DNA from: Acetobacteraceae bacterium
Lineage (GTDB): Bacteria; Pseudomonadota; Alphaproteobacteria; Acetobacterales; Acetobacteraceae
Assembly: GCA_035606775.1 (NCBI GenBank)
Contig: DATNEJ010000019.1
Coordinates: 1-63,123 of the forward strand
Direction: 5' to 3'
DNA length: 63,123 nt
Shown here: piece after piece, positions 29,952-39,352 of the stretch
How the letters are laid out: every line of letters starts with the position of its first letter
How positions within the stretch are numbered: the stretch's first letter is position 1
Made by a program: the position numbers and the translations under genes
Notes under the pieces: model-generated
What the model saw: the letters and a program-made list of their open reading frames with translations, nothing else
Told to the model about the DNA's origin: nothing
Databases searched by the model: none

Positions 29952-31159
29952 CGGTCGGGACCGTTCAAAACCAGCACAGCAGCGGTCAGTTGCAGTGCCA
30001 TGCACGCGACCAACACCGCGCGATAATCGCCGGCGAGATCGTGCAGTACCCCGAACGCGCCAGGGGCCAGCGCAAGCGTGAACTGGGTGATCGCCGCACT
30101 CAATGCGACGACCAGCCCGAATGAGCGCGGTGCAAATTCCCGTTGCACCAGAATGGCCGGCAAGGTGATCACGTTGCCGACCGACAGGCCAAACAGAATG
30201 ACACCGATGTAGAGCACGGCGTTGCGATCCGGGATAGCGAGCATCAGGCAGAGACCGCAGGCCTGACTGAGGAAACTCGCCGCGCTGGTGCCGCGCAACG
30301 GCAGCCGATCGACGACGACGCCGAGGCTGAGCCGGCCACCCATCGCCGCTAGGCTGGACATGCTGACGGCGAGGCTGGTGCCCGCTGCGCCGAGACGCGG
30401 CAGCAGGAACGCTATCATATGGATGATGAAGCCAACCTGGGCCGCGATCCCAAGCGCGAACGGCAACGCGACGGACCAGAAGCGGCGATTCACCAATGCC
30501 TCCGACCGGCTCGACAGCGCCACTCCTTCGCCGGGCGCGGACGCGGAGCCGGTCCGGGGAATTGTCGCGGTGGGGATGTGGCGGAGGCAGAGCAGAATGA
30601 TCGGCACGAGAATAATCAGGCCGACGACGACGGTGCGCCGAATGGCATCGGCCAGGCCGACGGACTCGCTCATGTGGACCAGGATCGGCGCCACGGTGAA
30701 GCCGCTCGCACTGGCGCCATTGAGCGCGAGGCTGAGCGCGAGACCGCGCTGCCGGTCGAACCAGAGGGCGAGCGTGAGGGCGATCGCCGTTCCCGTTGCC
30801 AGCACCCAGCCGCCCGCCATTACGGCGCCTGCCACGAAAAGCTGCCAGACCTGAGCCGATCCGCTGAAGCCGCAGGCGCCGACACCCAGAAGCGCGACCC
30901 CGATCAGCAGGACAACGCGCGGGCCGGTCCGCTGCATGACGGTGTGGACGAACGGCATCAGGCAGGCACCGATCAGGTAGAAGGCGGTGGTCGCCGCGGC
31001 GATCACTGAAGTCGGCCAGCCCTTCAGCCGGTGCAATTCCGCGAGGTAGACCGACTGGCCGTAGAACCCGAAGCCCCAGGCGAACACCGCCACGCAAAAG
31101 CAGGCCAGGATGACCGGCCAGCCGCGGCGCAATTCGCTGTCGTTGCGGGATACGCTCAT
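29897..31159 (-). CDS. MFS transporter
   Basis: About 12 TM segments; GW.VILACF, WFDRQRGLALSLALNGAS, GRLSLGVVVDRL. Confidence 0.88.
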   Translation of the reverse strand: MSVSRNDSELRRGWPVILACFCVAVFAWGFGFYGQSVYLAELHRLKGWPTSVIAAATTAFYLIGACLMPFVHTVMQRTGPRVVLLIGVALLGVGACGFSGSAQVWQLFVAGAVMAGGWVLATGTAIALTLALWFDRQRGLALSLALNGASASGFTVAPILVHMSESVGLADAIRRTVVVGLIILVPIILLCLRHIPTATIPRTGSASAPGEGVALSSRSEALVNRRFWSVALPFALGIAAQVGFIIHMIAFLLPRLGAAGTSLAVSMSSLAAMGGRLSLGVVVDRLPLRGTSAASFLSQACGLCLMLAIPDRNAVLYIGVILFGLSVGNVITLPAILVQREFAPRSFGLVVALSAAITQFTLALAPGAFGVLHDLAGDYRAVLVACMALQLTAAVLVLNGPDRQRRRRNRPNAARVASDT

Positions 31160-31402
31160 TCGGAATGTCTCGGTGCTGCCCTGCCTGTCTCCGCGCTCCG
31201 AGGCGAGACCGCCATGCGGAACACTTCGGTCGGCACCGAACTGAAGGCAGGGCAGCGCGGGCCGGGAGTGCCGGTTCGCGCACAGCGACACAGACCACAT
31301 GCGGGCCTGTGCATCGGCAGCCGGCACCCCCCTTGGCCTTTGTCCGCACCGCGGTACATCTTGGGGTGAGAGTCAGGCCTCAGGACCGGAGACACACGAC
31401 CC

Positions 31403-33742
31403 ATGACCACGAAATTCGGCCTTGCGCAGCCCGTCCGCCGCGTGGAAGACGCGCGCCTGCTGGTGGGGGCCGGCCGCTACACGGACGATATCGTGCTGCC
31501 GGGCATGCTGTTCGGCGTGGTTCTGCGCAGCCCTCACGCGGCCGCTTCGATCCGGCGTATCGACACTGCGACGGCACGCGGAATGGCGGGGGTCCGGGGC
31601 GTGTACGCCGCTTCCGACCTCAATGCCGATGGCATCGGCACCCTGCCCTGCGCCGCGCCAGTGCAGAATATCGACGGGACCAACATGGCCTCACCGCCAC
31701 ATCCGGTTCTGGCCGATGGCCATGTGCGGCATGTCGGCGATCCGGTGGCCTTCGTCGTCGCTGACACGGCGAAACAGGCGCGCGATGCAGCCGAGTCGAT
31801 CGACGTCGAGTACGACAACCTGCCATCCGCGACGGATCTTGCGACGGCGATGGATGCCGGTACGCCTTCGGTGTGGCCCGATGTCGGGAACAACATCGCG
31901 TTCGAATGGGAGATCGGCGACAAGGCCGCAACCGAAGCGGCCTTCGCCGAGGCCGCCCACGTGACGAAACTGAGGGTGGTCAACAACAGGATCGTCGTTT
32001 CGTCCCTGGAGGCGCGGGCCGCGATAGGCGATTTCGATGCCACCTCCGGCCGCTGGACGCTCTACGCGAACACGCAGGGCGGCTGGCTGGTGAAAAACCT
32101 GATCGGCCCCCTGTTCGGCACGGAGCCGGACCGGTTCCGCGTCGTGACTCCCGATGTGGGCGGCGGCTTCGGCATGAAGCTGTTCCTGTACGCCGAACAT
32201 GTCCTGACCTGCTACGCGGCTCGTAAGCTGGGGCGTCCGGTAAAGTGGGCAGCCGATCGCAGCGAGGCATTCCTGTGCGACACGCAGGGGCGCGACAACA
32301 TTACGTTCGGCGAACTGGCGATCGACGCGAACGGCAAGTTCCTGGCGCTGCGGACCCGCAACATCTCCAACATGGGCGCCTACCTCTCCACCTTCGCGCC
32401 CTACATTCCGACCTATGCGGGAACCAGCGTGCTCGCCAGCGTCTACGACTTCAAGGCGATCTATGCCGACGTATTCGGCGTCTTCACCAACACCGTTCCG
32501 GTGGATGCGTATCGGGGGGCCGGACGGCCGGAGAGCAACTATCTGGTGGAACGGCTGGTCGATGCCGCGGCCAGGGAGCTGGGGATCGACCGCGCGGAAC
32601 TGCGCCGCCGCAACATGGTGACGCCGACCGCGATGCCGCACGCAACGCCCGTGGGCAAAACCTACGACAGCGGCGACTTTCAGAAGGTGCTGAACGCGGC
32701 GCTGACGAAAATGGATTATGCCGGGTTCGCGTCACGCCGGAACGCCGCGGCCAGGGAAGGCAAGCGCCGTGGCATCGGGCTCGCTTATTATCTTGAAGCG
32801 ACCGGCGGCGATCCTACCGAACGGGCGGAAATCCGGTTTGCCGCTGATGGATTCGTGGACGTCTACGTGGGCACGCAATCGACCGGTCAGGGCCATGAGA
32901 CGGCGTATGTGCAATTGACCGCTAACCAGCTTGGCATCGACGGCGAGAAGATCCGCATCCGGCAGGGCGACACGGATGCGATCCCTGTCGGTGGCGGCAC
33001 CGGCGGTGCGCGCAGCCTTTACTCCGAAGGCCAGGCGATCCTTCTGACGGCGGACACTGTCATCAAAAAGGGCCGGGAGGCCGCGGCAGAAGTGCTGGAG
33101 GCCGCAGTTGCCGATATCGGTTTCAGCGAGGGCCGGTTCTCCATAGTCGGCACGGACCGCGGAGTGGACATCATGACGCTGGCGGAAACCCAGCGCCGGC
33201 GTGCGGCCGAGGGCCAGAATGTGACCACGCTCGATGCGGCGGAAGTTGCACCGATCGACAACCATACCTTCCCGAACGGCTGCCACATGGCGGAGGTCGA
33301 AGTCGATCCCGACACGGGCACCGTCGCGCTCGTCCGCTACAGTGTCTGCGACGATTTCGGCAAGACGGTGAACCCGCTGATCGTGCGCGGCCAGGTTTCG
33401 GGCGGCGTCGCTCAGGGCTTCGGACAGGCGGTGAGAGAGCACACGGTCTATGATCCTTCCTCCGGCCAGTTGCTGTCGGGAAGCTTCATGGATTACGCGC
33501 TGCCCCGTGCCGATGAGATGCCCGACATCGAGGTCGAGCTGCTCGAAATCCCCTGCGCATCCAATCCGCTTGGCGTGAAGGGCGCGGGCGAGGCCGGCGC
33601 GGTCGGCAGCCCGCCGGCGGTGGTCAATGCGATCATCGATGCGCTGAGTGCGGATGGCTTGACTGATATCGACATGCCGGCAACGCCGGAACGCATATGG
33701 CGTGCGCTATCGCACGCGCAGATGGCACAGGCGGCGGATTAG
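31403..33742 (+). CDS. Xanthine dehydrogenase family molybdopterin-binding subunit (CoxL-like)
   Basis: KFGLAQPVRRVED, RSPHA, DVGGGFGMK, DAYRGAGRPES, GQGHET, NPLGVKGAGEAG. Confidence 0.93.
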   Translation: MTTKFGLAQPVRRVEDARLLVGAGRYTDDIVLPGMLFGVVLRSPHAAASIRRIDTATARGMAGVRGVYAASDLNADGIGTLPCAAPVQNIDGTNMASPPHPVLADGHVRHVGDPVAFVVADTAKQARDAAESIDVEYDNLPSATDLATAMDAGTPSVWPDVGNNIAFEWEIGDKAATEAAFAEAAHVTKLRVVNNRIVVSSLEARAAIGDFDATSGRWTLYANTQGGWLVKNLIGPLFGTEPDRFRVVTPDVGGGFGMKLFLYAEHVLTCYAARKLGRPVKWAADRSEAFLCDTQGRDNITFGELAIDANGKFLALRTRNISNMGAYLSTFAPYIPTYAGTSVLASVYDFKAIYADVFGVFTNTVPVDAYRGAGRPESNYLVERLVDAAARELGIDRAELRRRNMVTPTAMPHATPVGKTYDSGDFQKVLNAALTKMDYAGFASRRNAAAREGKRRGIGLAYYLEATGGDPTERAEIRFAADGFVDVYVGTQSTGQGHETAYVQLTANQLGIDGEKIRIRQGDTDAIPVGGGTGGARSLYSEGQAILLTADTVIKKGREAAAEVLEAAVADIGFSEGRFSIVGTDRGVDIMTLAETQRRRAAEGQNVTTLDAAEVAPIDNHTFPNGCHMAEVEVDPDTGTVALVRYSVCDDFGKTVNPLIVRGQVSGGVAQGFGQAVREHTVYDPSSGQLLSGSFMDYALPRADEMPDIEVELLEIPCASNPLGVKGAGEAGAVGSPPAVVNAIIDALSADGLTDIDMPATPERIWRALSHAQMAQAAD

Positions 33743-33779
33743 CCCGCCTGCATCCTGTTGCGGCAGATGCTTTGGCGCG

Positions 33780-33893
33780 TTGTTTGATCGCGTGATTCAC
33801 GTCTCCGGCGATGCCGCCTGCGACGATCACGCGCTACTCTTTGTTTGATCGCGTGATTCACGTCTCCGGCGATACCGCCTGCGACGATCACGC
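33780..33893. repeat. Tandem pair of ~53-bp palindromic REP-like units
   Basis: TTGTTTGATCGCGTGATTCACGTCTCCGGCGAT(G/A)CCGCCTGCGACGATCACGC at 33780-33832 and 33841-33893 (61-bp period, 1 mismatch); each unit has GCGTGAT...ATCACGC arms; lies between convergent genes. Confidence 0.9.
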
Positions 33894-33900
33894 TTGAGCG

Positions 33901-34935
33901 TCAGTGGCCAATCCAGGCAGTGAACCGCTGACGCAGCTTGGCCAGATTGTCGTGCCAGAAGCCGGCATCCATGCGCAGGGACTGCGACAGATTGGCGGGA
34001 TTGGTGGGTGACCCAGCCTGGATATCCGGCGGCAACCCATCATTCAGCCCCTTCGCCAGACCCGAGGCGCCGCTCAGGCGCAACAGGCGTGCCTCGATCG
34101 CCGGCGTGCCGATGAAGTACAGGAACTGCTGTGCCTGCCGCAGATTCGGGCTGCCCTTGAAGATCGCCCAACTCTGCACCTCATAAAGACTTGCACCCCA
34201 CTGGATGCCGAAATTGCGGTGCTCCGACCAGTTTGCCGCGGCAATATATCCGCTCGATGCGCTGGTCATCAGCACGTCGCCGGAGCCCAAGATCTTCGCC
34301 GCCTCGTCCTTGGTCTGCCACCAGACGATATACGGTTTCAGTTGATCGAGCTTGCGAAAGGCCCTGTCCACGCCTTCGTTGGTTGACAGGGTCTTGTAGA
34401 CGTCGGCCTGCGCGACGCCATCGGCGAGCAAGGCGATTTCCAGGTTGGCGCGCACGCCCTTCCGCAATCCGCGCTTGCCGGGATATTTCGCCACGTCCCA
34501 GAAGTCGACCCAGGTGGGTGTGGCCGGAAATTTATCCTTGTCCCATGCCAGTACTGTCGTGGTGACGGATGCACCCACACCGCAGTCGCTGACGCCCTGC
34601 GGCAGATAGTGATCCTTACCGCCAATCGCCGACCAGTCCAGCTTTTCGAACAGGCCTTCGCTGCACCCCGTCGCCAGTTCTTCGGGATTGACCTCGATCA
34701 GGTCGTTCCTGTTTTCGGTTGCTTTGGCACGGCCACGCAGGTCGTCCAGTCCGCCTTTCCAGTCTTCCAGTTGCACCGGGATATCGGTCGCTGCGACAAA
34801 CGGTTGCACATAGGCGTGCTGCACCCCCGCCTGGATCGAATCCTTGCGCGTTACCACGGTCAACTCGTTCGCAACGGCGACGACGGGCCACGCGGCCAAG
34901 AGCGCCACGACGGCAAGGAGCGTGCGGGCGGGCAT
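33901..34935 (-). CDS. Extracellular solute-binding protein (PotD/PotF-like)
   Basis: Signal peptide; GLFEKLDW, DFWDVAKYPGKRGLRK, LEIALLADGV, GVDRAFRKLDQLKP. Confidence 0.88.
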   Translation of the reverse strand: MPARTLLAVVALLAAWPVVAVANELTVVTRKDSIQAGVQHAYVQPFVAATDIPVQLEDWKGGLDDLRGRAKATENRNDLIEVNPEELATGCSEGLFEKLDWSAIGGKDHYLPQGVSDCGVGASVTTTVLAWDKDKFPATPTWVDFWDVAKYPGKRGLRKGVRANLEIALLADGVAQADVYKTLSTNEGVDRAFRKLDQLKPYIVWWQTKDEAAKILGSGDVLMTSASSGYIAAANWSEHRNFGIQWGASLYEVQSWAIFKGSPNLRQAQQFLYFIGTPAIEARLLRLSGASGLAKGLNDGLPPDIQAGSPTNPANLSQSLRMDAGFWHDNLAKLRQRFTAWIGH

Positions 34936-35045
34936 AGATGATCTGATCCGGCTTCCTGCTGTTGGCCCGGACGCTACAATCCACCGCTCCGCTCGGCAAC
35001 GACCCCTCGACATAAAATCCCGGCGTTTCGCACTCCCTGCGGAGG

Positions 35046-35963
35046 CTAGCTGCCCAGGATCGTGCCCACGGCAAGACCGGCTTCCGCGGCGGCTATCTTC
35101 TTGCCGCCGTCCCAGCGGACCCGGTGCACGTCGATGAACCCTCCCTGGCCATGGATGGTGATGCTGCCGTCCTGTTGAGCGACAATTTCGCCGATCTTCT
35201 TGCCCTTCACTTCGGAGAACGTCCTGGCAATCCGCTTGCTGCTTTCGAACAGGAACAGCTTGCGCCCCTCATGCGTCGTCCAGGCGCCAGGCGCGGGATT
35301 GCAGCCTCGGATCAGGTTGAAGGTAAAATCGACATGGCTGGCCCAGTGGATGCGGGATTCGGCCTCGCGGATAATCCCCTCATAACCGGCATCCGGCTCG
35401 TATTGGGCGACAGCCGGCCCCTTGCCGGCCACCACCATGTCCGCGGCCTCCAGAAGACCGGCCACGCCCAGGGGGAATATCTTGCCGAAGTAGAGCGAGC
35501 CCAGCGTGTCTTCCTCCTCGATCCGTACGACGCGGCTGAGAATGACGGGGCCCTCATCCAGCCCATCGGTCGGCCGGAAGATGCTGAACCCGGTTTCCTT
35601 GCGGCCGAGGATGATCGACCAACTCATGGACGACGCGCCGCGATGCAGCGGCAGCAGGCTCGGGTGGAACTGGATCGTGCCGAATTTCGGGATGCTGCAA
35701 AAATCGTGGGGCGCGAACTGCGTGACATAGGCCATGATTCCGATATCGGCACCGGCGGCGCGCAGCGCCTCCTGCGCCGCAGGGTCGGTCAGTTTCGGCA
35801 GCTGGTGCACCGTCACCCCCCTGGCTTCGCCAGCCAGGCGAAGCGGGTCCGGACGACCCTTTTCGGGTGCGCAGAACACCGCGGAGACGGTGTCACCCCG
35901 AGCCAGGAACGCTTCCAGGACCGCCTTGCCGAAATCCTGCTGGCCGATAATGGCGACGCGCAT
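35046..35963 (-). CDS. Formyltransferase family protein (Fmt / 10-formyl-THF hydrolase-like)
   Basis: MRVAIIGQQDFG, FHPSLLPLHRG, DGLDEGPV, NLIRGCNPAPGAW; SD GGAGGAG. Confidence 0.85.
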   Translation of the reverse strand: MRVAIIGQQDFGKAVLEAFLARGDTVSAVFCAPEKGRPDPLRLAGEARGVTVHQLPKLTDPAAQEALRAAGADIGIMAYVTQFAPHDFCSIPKFGTIQFHPSLLPLHRGASSMSWSIILGRKETGFSIFRPTDGLDEGPVILSRVVRIEEEDTLGSLYFGKIFPLGVAGLLEAADMVVAGKGPAVAQYEPDAGYEGIIREAESRIHWASHVDFTFNLIRGCNPAPGAWTTHEGRKLFLFESSKRIARTFSEVKGKKIGEIVAQQDGSITIHGQGGFIDVHRVRWDGGKKIAAAEAGLAVGTILGS

Positions 35964-36078
35964 CCCGCTCCTCCCGTTCGTTCGTCGCGGGATCATCGCC
36001 GCCACCCCGGCGCCTGTCGAGGGTGGCGCCCCCTCTGCCGCCGCGGTAGAGAGCGGCCGAAACCAGGAAAGGGCGTGC

Positions 36079-37086
36079 ATGACCCCGGAAGATACGGTCA
36101 TTACCCGGCGCGACGGCCGGGTAGGCCGGATTTTGCTGAACCGTCCCAAGGCGCTCAATGCGCTCGATCTGGACATGATCGGTGCCTGCACGCGCGCGCT
36201 GGTCGCCTGGCGCGACGACCCGCACGTTCACGCCGTGGTGATAGAGGGCGCCGGGGACCGGGCGTTCTGCGCGGGCGGCGATATCCGCGCGCTGCGCGAT
36301 GGCCAGTTGTCGGGGGACCGCACCGGCGTCGAGGCGTTCTTCCGGCAGGAATACGACCTGAACCTGATGATCTCGTCCTACCCGAAGCCGTATATCGCCC
36401 TGATCGACGGTATCTGCATGGGGGGCGGGATCGGCCTGTCGGTGCATGCGCCCTACCGCGTGGCAACCGAGCACGCCGTGTTCGCGATGCCGGAGACGGC
36501 AATCGGCTTCTTTCCGGATATCGGCGCGACCTTCTTTCTACCCCGGCTACCCGGGCAGCTCGGTACCTACTACGGCTTGACAGGATTGCGGGTCACCGGC
36601 GCCGATGCGGTCCATTGCGGTTTCGGCACGCACTTTGTGTCCCGCGCCCGGCTGCCGATCCTGTCGGCGGCGCTGGCGAAATACGGCGCCGCCGCACTCG
36701 CACGCATCGTGGAGCCGCTACCGCCGTTCTCGCTGGCAGACCATGCCGCCTCGATCGATGCGTGCTTCGCGGCAAGGTCCGTCCCCGAGATCGTCAGGCA
36801 ACTCGAGATCGAGACCGCAGAATGGGCGGTCGCGGCGACCAAGGCATTGCGCACCGTCTCACCGACCGCGCTGAGCTTCACGCTGGAGGCGTTGCATCGC
36901 GGTGCCGACCTTACTTTGCCCGATTCTTTGGATGCAGAGTTCCGGCTGACCCGGACCACCATGGCATATCCGGACTTCGCGGAGGGCGTGCGCGCCATGG
37001 TCGTCGACAAAGACCGCAAACCGAAATGGCAACCATCGCGCATCGAGGATGTCGATCCCGCGGTGATTGCCAGGATGTTCGCCTGA
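36079..37086 (+). CDS. Enoyl-CoA hydratase family, 3-hydroxyisobutyryl-CoA hydrolase-like
   Basis: LNRPKALNAL, AFCAGGDI, GICMGGGIGLS, FAMPETAIGFFPDIG, DFAEGVRAMVVDKDRKPKW. Confidence 0.9.
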   Translation: MTPEDTVITRRDGRVGRILLNRPKALNALDLDMIGACTRALVAWRDDPHVHAVVIEGAGDRAFCAGGDIRALRDGQLSGDRTGVEAFFRQEYDLNLMISSYPKPYIALIDGICMGGGIGLSVHAPYRVATEHAVFAMPETAIGFFPDIGATFFLPRLPGQLGTYYGLTGLRVTGADAVHCGFGTHFVSRARLPILSAALAKYGAAALARIVEPLPPFSLADHAASIDACFAARSVPEIVRQLEIETAEWAVAATKALRTVSPTALSFTLEALHRGADLTLPDSLDAEFRLTRTTMAYPDFAEGVRAMVVDKDRKPKWQPSRIEDVDPAVIARMFA

Positions 37087-37130
37087 ATGCGTGCTGCCGG
37101 CAGATGAAACGGTCGCCGCGCTGGCGTTTG

Positions 37131-37216
37131 GAGCGTGATCGTCGCAGGCGGAATCGCCGGAGACGTGAATCACGCGATCGAAGCTGAGCGTGATCGTCGC
37201 AGGCGGAATCGCCGGA
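37131..37216. repeat. Reverse-complement copies (one full, one partial) of the REP-like unit at 33780-33893
   Basis: GAGCGTGATCGTCGCAGGCGGAATCGCCGGAGACGTGAATCACGCGATCGAA (37131-37182) then GAGCGTGATCGTCGCAGGCGGAATCGCCGGA (37186-37216). Confidence 0.9.
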
Positions 37217-37295
37217 AAAGGGTTCAGATCCCATTCGGTGCCTCTAATTTGCACCGAACGGGCTCAAAAAACCGGACAGCAGAGCGGAGGACTGA

Positions 37296-38114
37296 ATGCC
37301 TGCATTCATCTGCGTGAATTGCGGCGTGCAGTACGCCGCCACGGAGAGCCCGCCCGGCCGATGCATCATCTGTGACGACGCCCGCGAATCCGCAGCCTTG
37401 TCGGATCAGTCCTGGACCACCCTTCCGGCGATGCGGCGGAACCATTTCAACACATTCCGCCGGCTGGAGCCCGGTCTGATGGGCATCGGCACCGCGCCGG
37501 ATTTTGCCATCGGCCAGCGTGCTCTGCTGCTGCGCACACCGCAGGGCAATATCCTCTGGGACTGCGTCAGCTTCCTCGACGACACGACCATGACGATCCT
37601 GAGCGCGCTCGGCGGCGTTGCAGCGATCGCCGTTTCCCACCCGCATTTCTACGGCGCGGTGATCGAATGGAGCCACGCCTTCAACAGCGCGCCGGTCTAT
37701 CTACATGCGGCGGACCGCAAGTTCGTCACCAGGCTCGACCCGGTGATCAGCTTCTGGGAAGATGATGCGCAGGAAATCGCGCCCGGCATCACGCTGCTGC
37801 GCTGCGGCGGCCATTTCGCCGGGAGTGCTGTGCTGCACTGGGCACAAGGGTCCGGTGGCAGTGGCACCCTGCTGACGGGTGACACGATTCATGTCGGAGC
37901 CGACCGGCACGTCAGTTTCATGCGCAGCTTTCCGAACCTGATTCCGCTCGATGCCGGCACGGTGCAGCGCATTGCCGACGTCCTGGCACCGTGGCCGTTC
38001 GACGGCATCTATGGTGCTTTCTGGGATCGGACGATTCCGTCGGATGGCAAGGTCGCGCTGGCGCGATCGGTCGATCGCTATATCGGGGCGGTCAGCGGGC
38101 CGCCGGACGATTGA
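37296..38114 (+). CDS. Metallo-beta-lactamase fold hydrolase with N-terminal Cys motifs
   Basis: SD GGAGG; CVNCG..CIIC; FAIGQRALL, LWDC, SHPHFY, GGHFAGS.VLHW, LLTGD. Confidence 0.85.
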   Translation: MPAFICVNCGVQYAATESPPGRCIICDDARESAALSDQSWTTLPAMRRNHFNTFRRLEPGLMGIGTAPDFAIGQRALLLRTPQGNILWDCVSFLDDTTMTILSALGGVAAIAVSHPHFYGAVIEWSHAFNSAPVYLHAADRKFVTRLDPVISFWEDDAQEIAPGITLLRCGGHFAGSAVLHWAQGSGGSGTLLTGDTIHVGADRHVSFMRSFPNLIPLDAGTVQRIADVLAPWPFDGIYGAFWDRTIPSDGKVALARSVDRYIGAVSGPPDD

Positions 38115-38138
38115 TCACGACGGCGGTTGGGTAAACGA

Positions 38139-39044
38139 TCAGCTTCCCAGCACGATCAGCAGCACGCCGCCGACCACCAGTACGAGGCCGGCCACGTCGC
38201 CGCGCTTCAGCGTCTCCTTCAAATAGAAGCGGCTGAACAGCAGCGTGAACACGATCTCGATCTGACCGACCGAGCGGACCAGCGCGACGTCGGTCAGGGC
38301 AAACGCGGTGAACCAGCAGGCCGATCCGCAGGCGGACAGGGTGCCGGCCCACATCGAGCTTCGCCAGGTGGTGAACGATTTGCGCAGTTCGGCTCTTTCC
38401 CGCCAGAGCAGCCAGGAGCCCTGCATCAGGGTCTGCAAAGTGTTGGTTACGAACAGCACGAACAGCGCGCGCACGAACACGCTCGGGCTGACGATCGCCT
38501 GGGTCGCCATCTTGATGAACACCGTGGTCAGGGCGAACAGAAACCCAGCCCCCAGGCCGCACAGCGCGGCCGGTTGCACCGTGGCGGCGAGCAGTTCGCG
38601 CGGTTTCAACCCCCGTCCGGCCAGCGACAAGGTCATGACGCCGCACAGCCCCAGGCTGATGCCGATCCAGGCGAGGGTACGCAGCACCTCGTGCAGCACG
38701 ACCAGTGCGATGACGGCGCTCTGCACGGTGTCGGTCTTCGAATAGGCGGTGCCGACGGCAAAGTTGCGGTAGCCGAATGCCATGATCAGCAGGTTGGTGG
38801 CGAGGACCTGGCAAAGTCCGCCGGCCATGCAGAGCAGCACGAAGGCGGTTGTCGGCGGTGGCAGGGGAACGCCGGTGACCGCCAGTGCGGCACCCAGTAA
38901 GACGAGCGCAGTCGGCGCGCCGTAGAGGAACCTGACGAAGCCCGCGCCGTTGACCGACAGAATGTGCCGAAGCTTCTGCTGAAGGGCGGTGCGCCAGCAT
39001 TGGAACAGGGCCGCCGCGACGGTGACGAAAATCCATAAGGGCAT
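38139..39044 (-). CDS. DMT/EamA family transporter
   Basis: About 10 TM segments; RTALQ..L, RNFAVGTAYSKT, VRSVGQIE. Confidence 0.85.
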   Translation of the reverse strand: MPLWIFVTVAAALFQCWRTALQQKLRHILSVNGAGFVRFLYGAPTALVLLGAALAVTGVPLPPPTTAFVLLCMAGGLCQVLATNLLIMAFGYRNFAVGTAYSKTDTVQSAVIALVVLHEVLRTLAWIGISLGLCGVMTLSLAGRGLKPRELLAATVQPAALCGLGAGFLFALTTVFIKMATQAIVSPSVFVRALFVLFVTNTLQTLMQGSWLLWRERAELRKSFTTWRSSMWAGTLSACGSACWFTAFALTDVALVRSVGQIEIVFTLLFSRFYLKETLKRGDVAGLVLVVGGVLLIVLGS

Positions 39045-39337
39045 GCGGGGGTATCCTGTTCCGGGCGCCTGACGTCACGTGTGCCCGGGTCCGCCGGTAG
39101 CTCTCGTGACCCGCGATGCCGGGACCCGCCCGATAGGAAGGCCGAGCGTCCGGAAGGCGGGGCGTGATCCAATCGGCGGGGGGCTAGGGTGTCAATCCTG
39201 TTGCCGGCTTCGCACGGCGATTTCGGCGATGTCGGGTTGAAGCCTTGGACCCGACTGCCCCTGGCGACCCCTGGCCGGCGCTCCCTGCATTCGAGGAGCC
39301 CGATTCGCGACTCGACTCCCGTCGCCGTCGATTCTAT

Positions 39338-39352
39338 GTTCTATATATGTTC
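39338..39352 (+). promoter_or_regulatory. LexA (SOS) box, alphaproteobacterial type
   Basis: GTTC-TATATAT-GTTC = GTTC-N7-GTTC direct repeat at the start of imuA. Confidence 0.88.

Noticed and set aside
24642-33742. Calling the two molybdoproteins true CO dehydrogenases
   Set aside because: They lack the form I AYRCSFR loop and have no coxM/coxS or accessory genes nearby.
33780-33893. Possible CRISPR array
   Set aside because: Only two 53-bp units with an 8-bp gap, no unique spacers, no cas genes.
39045-39330. Riboswitch upstream of the DMT transporter
   Set aside because: GC-rich pairing is possible but no FMN, TPP, SAM or guanidine signature was recognisable; an Rfam scan would settle it.
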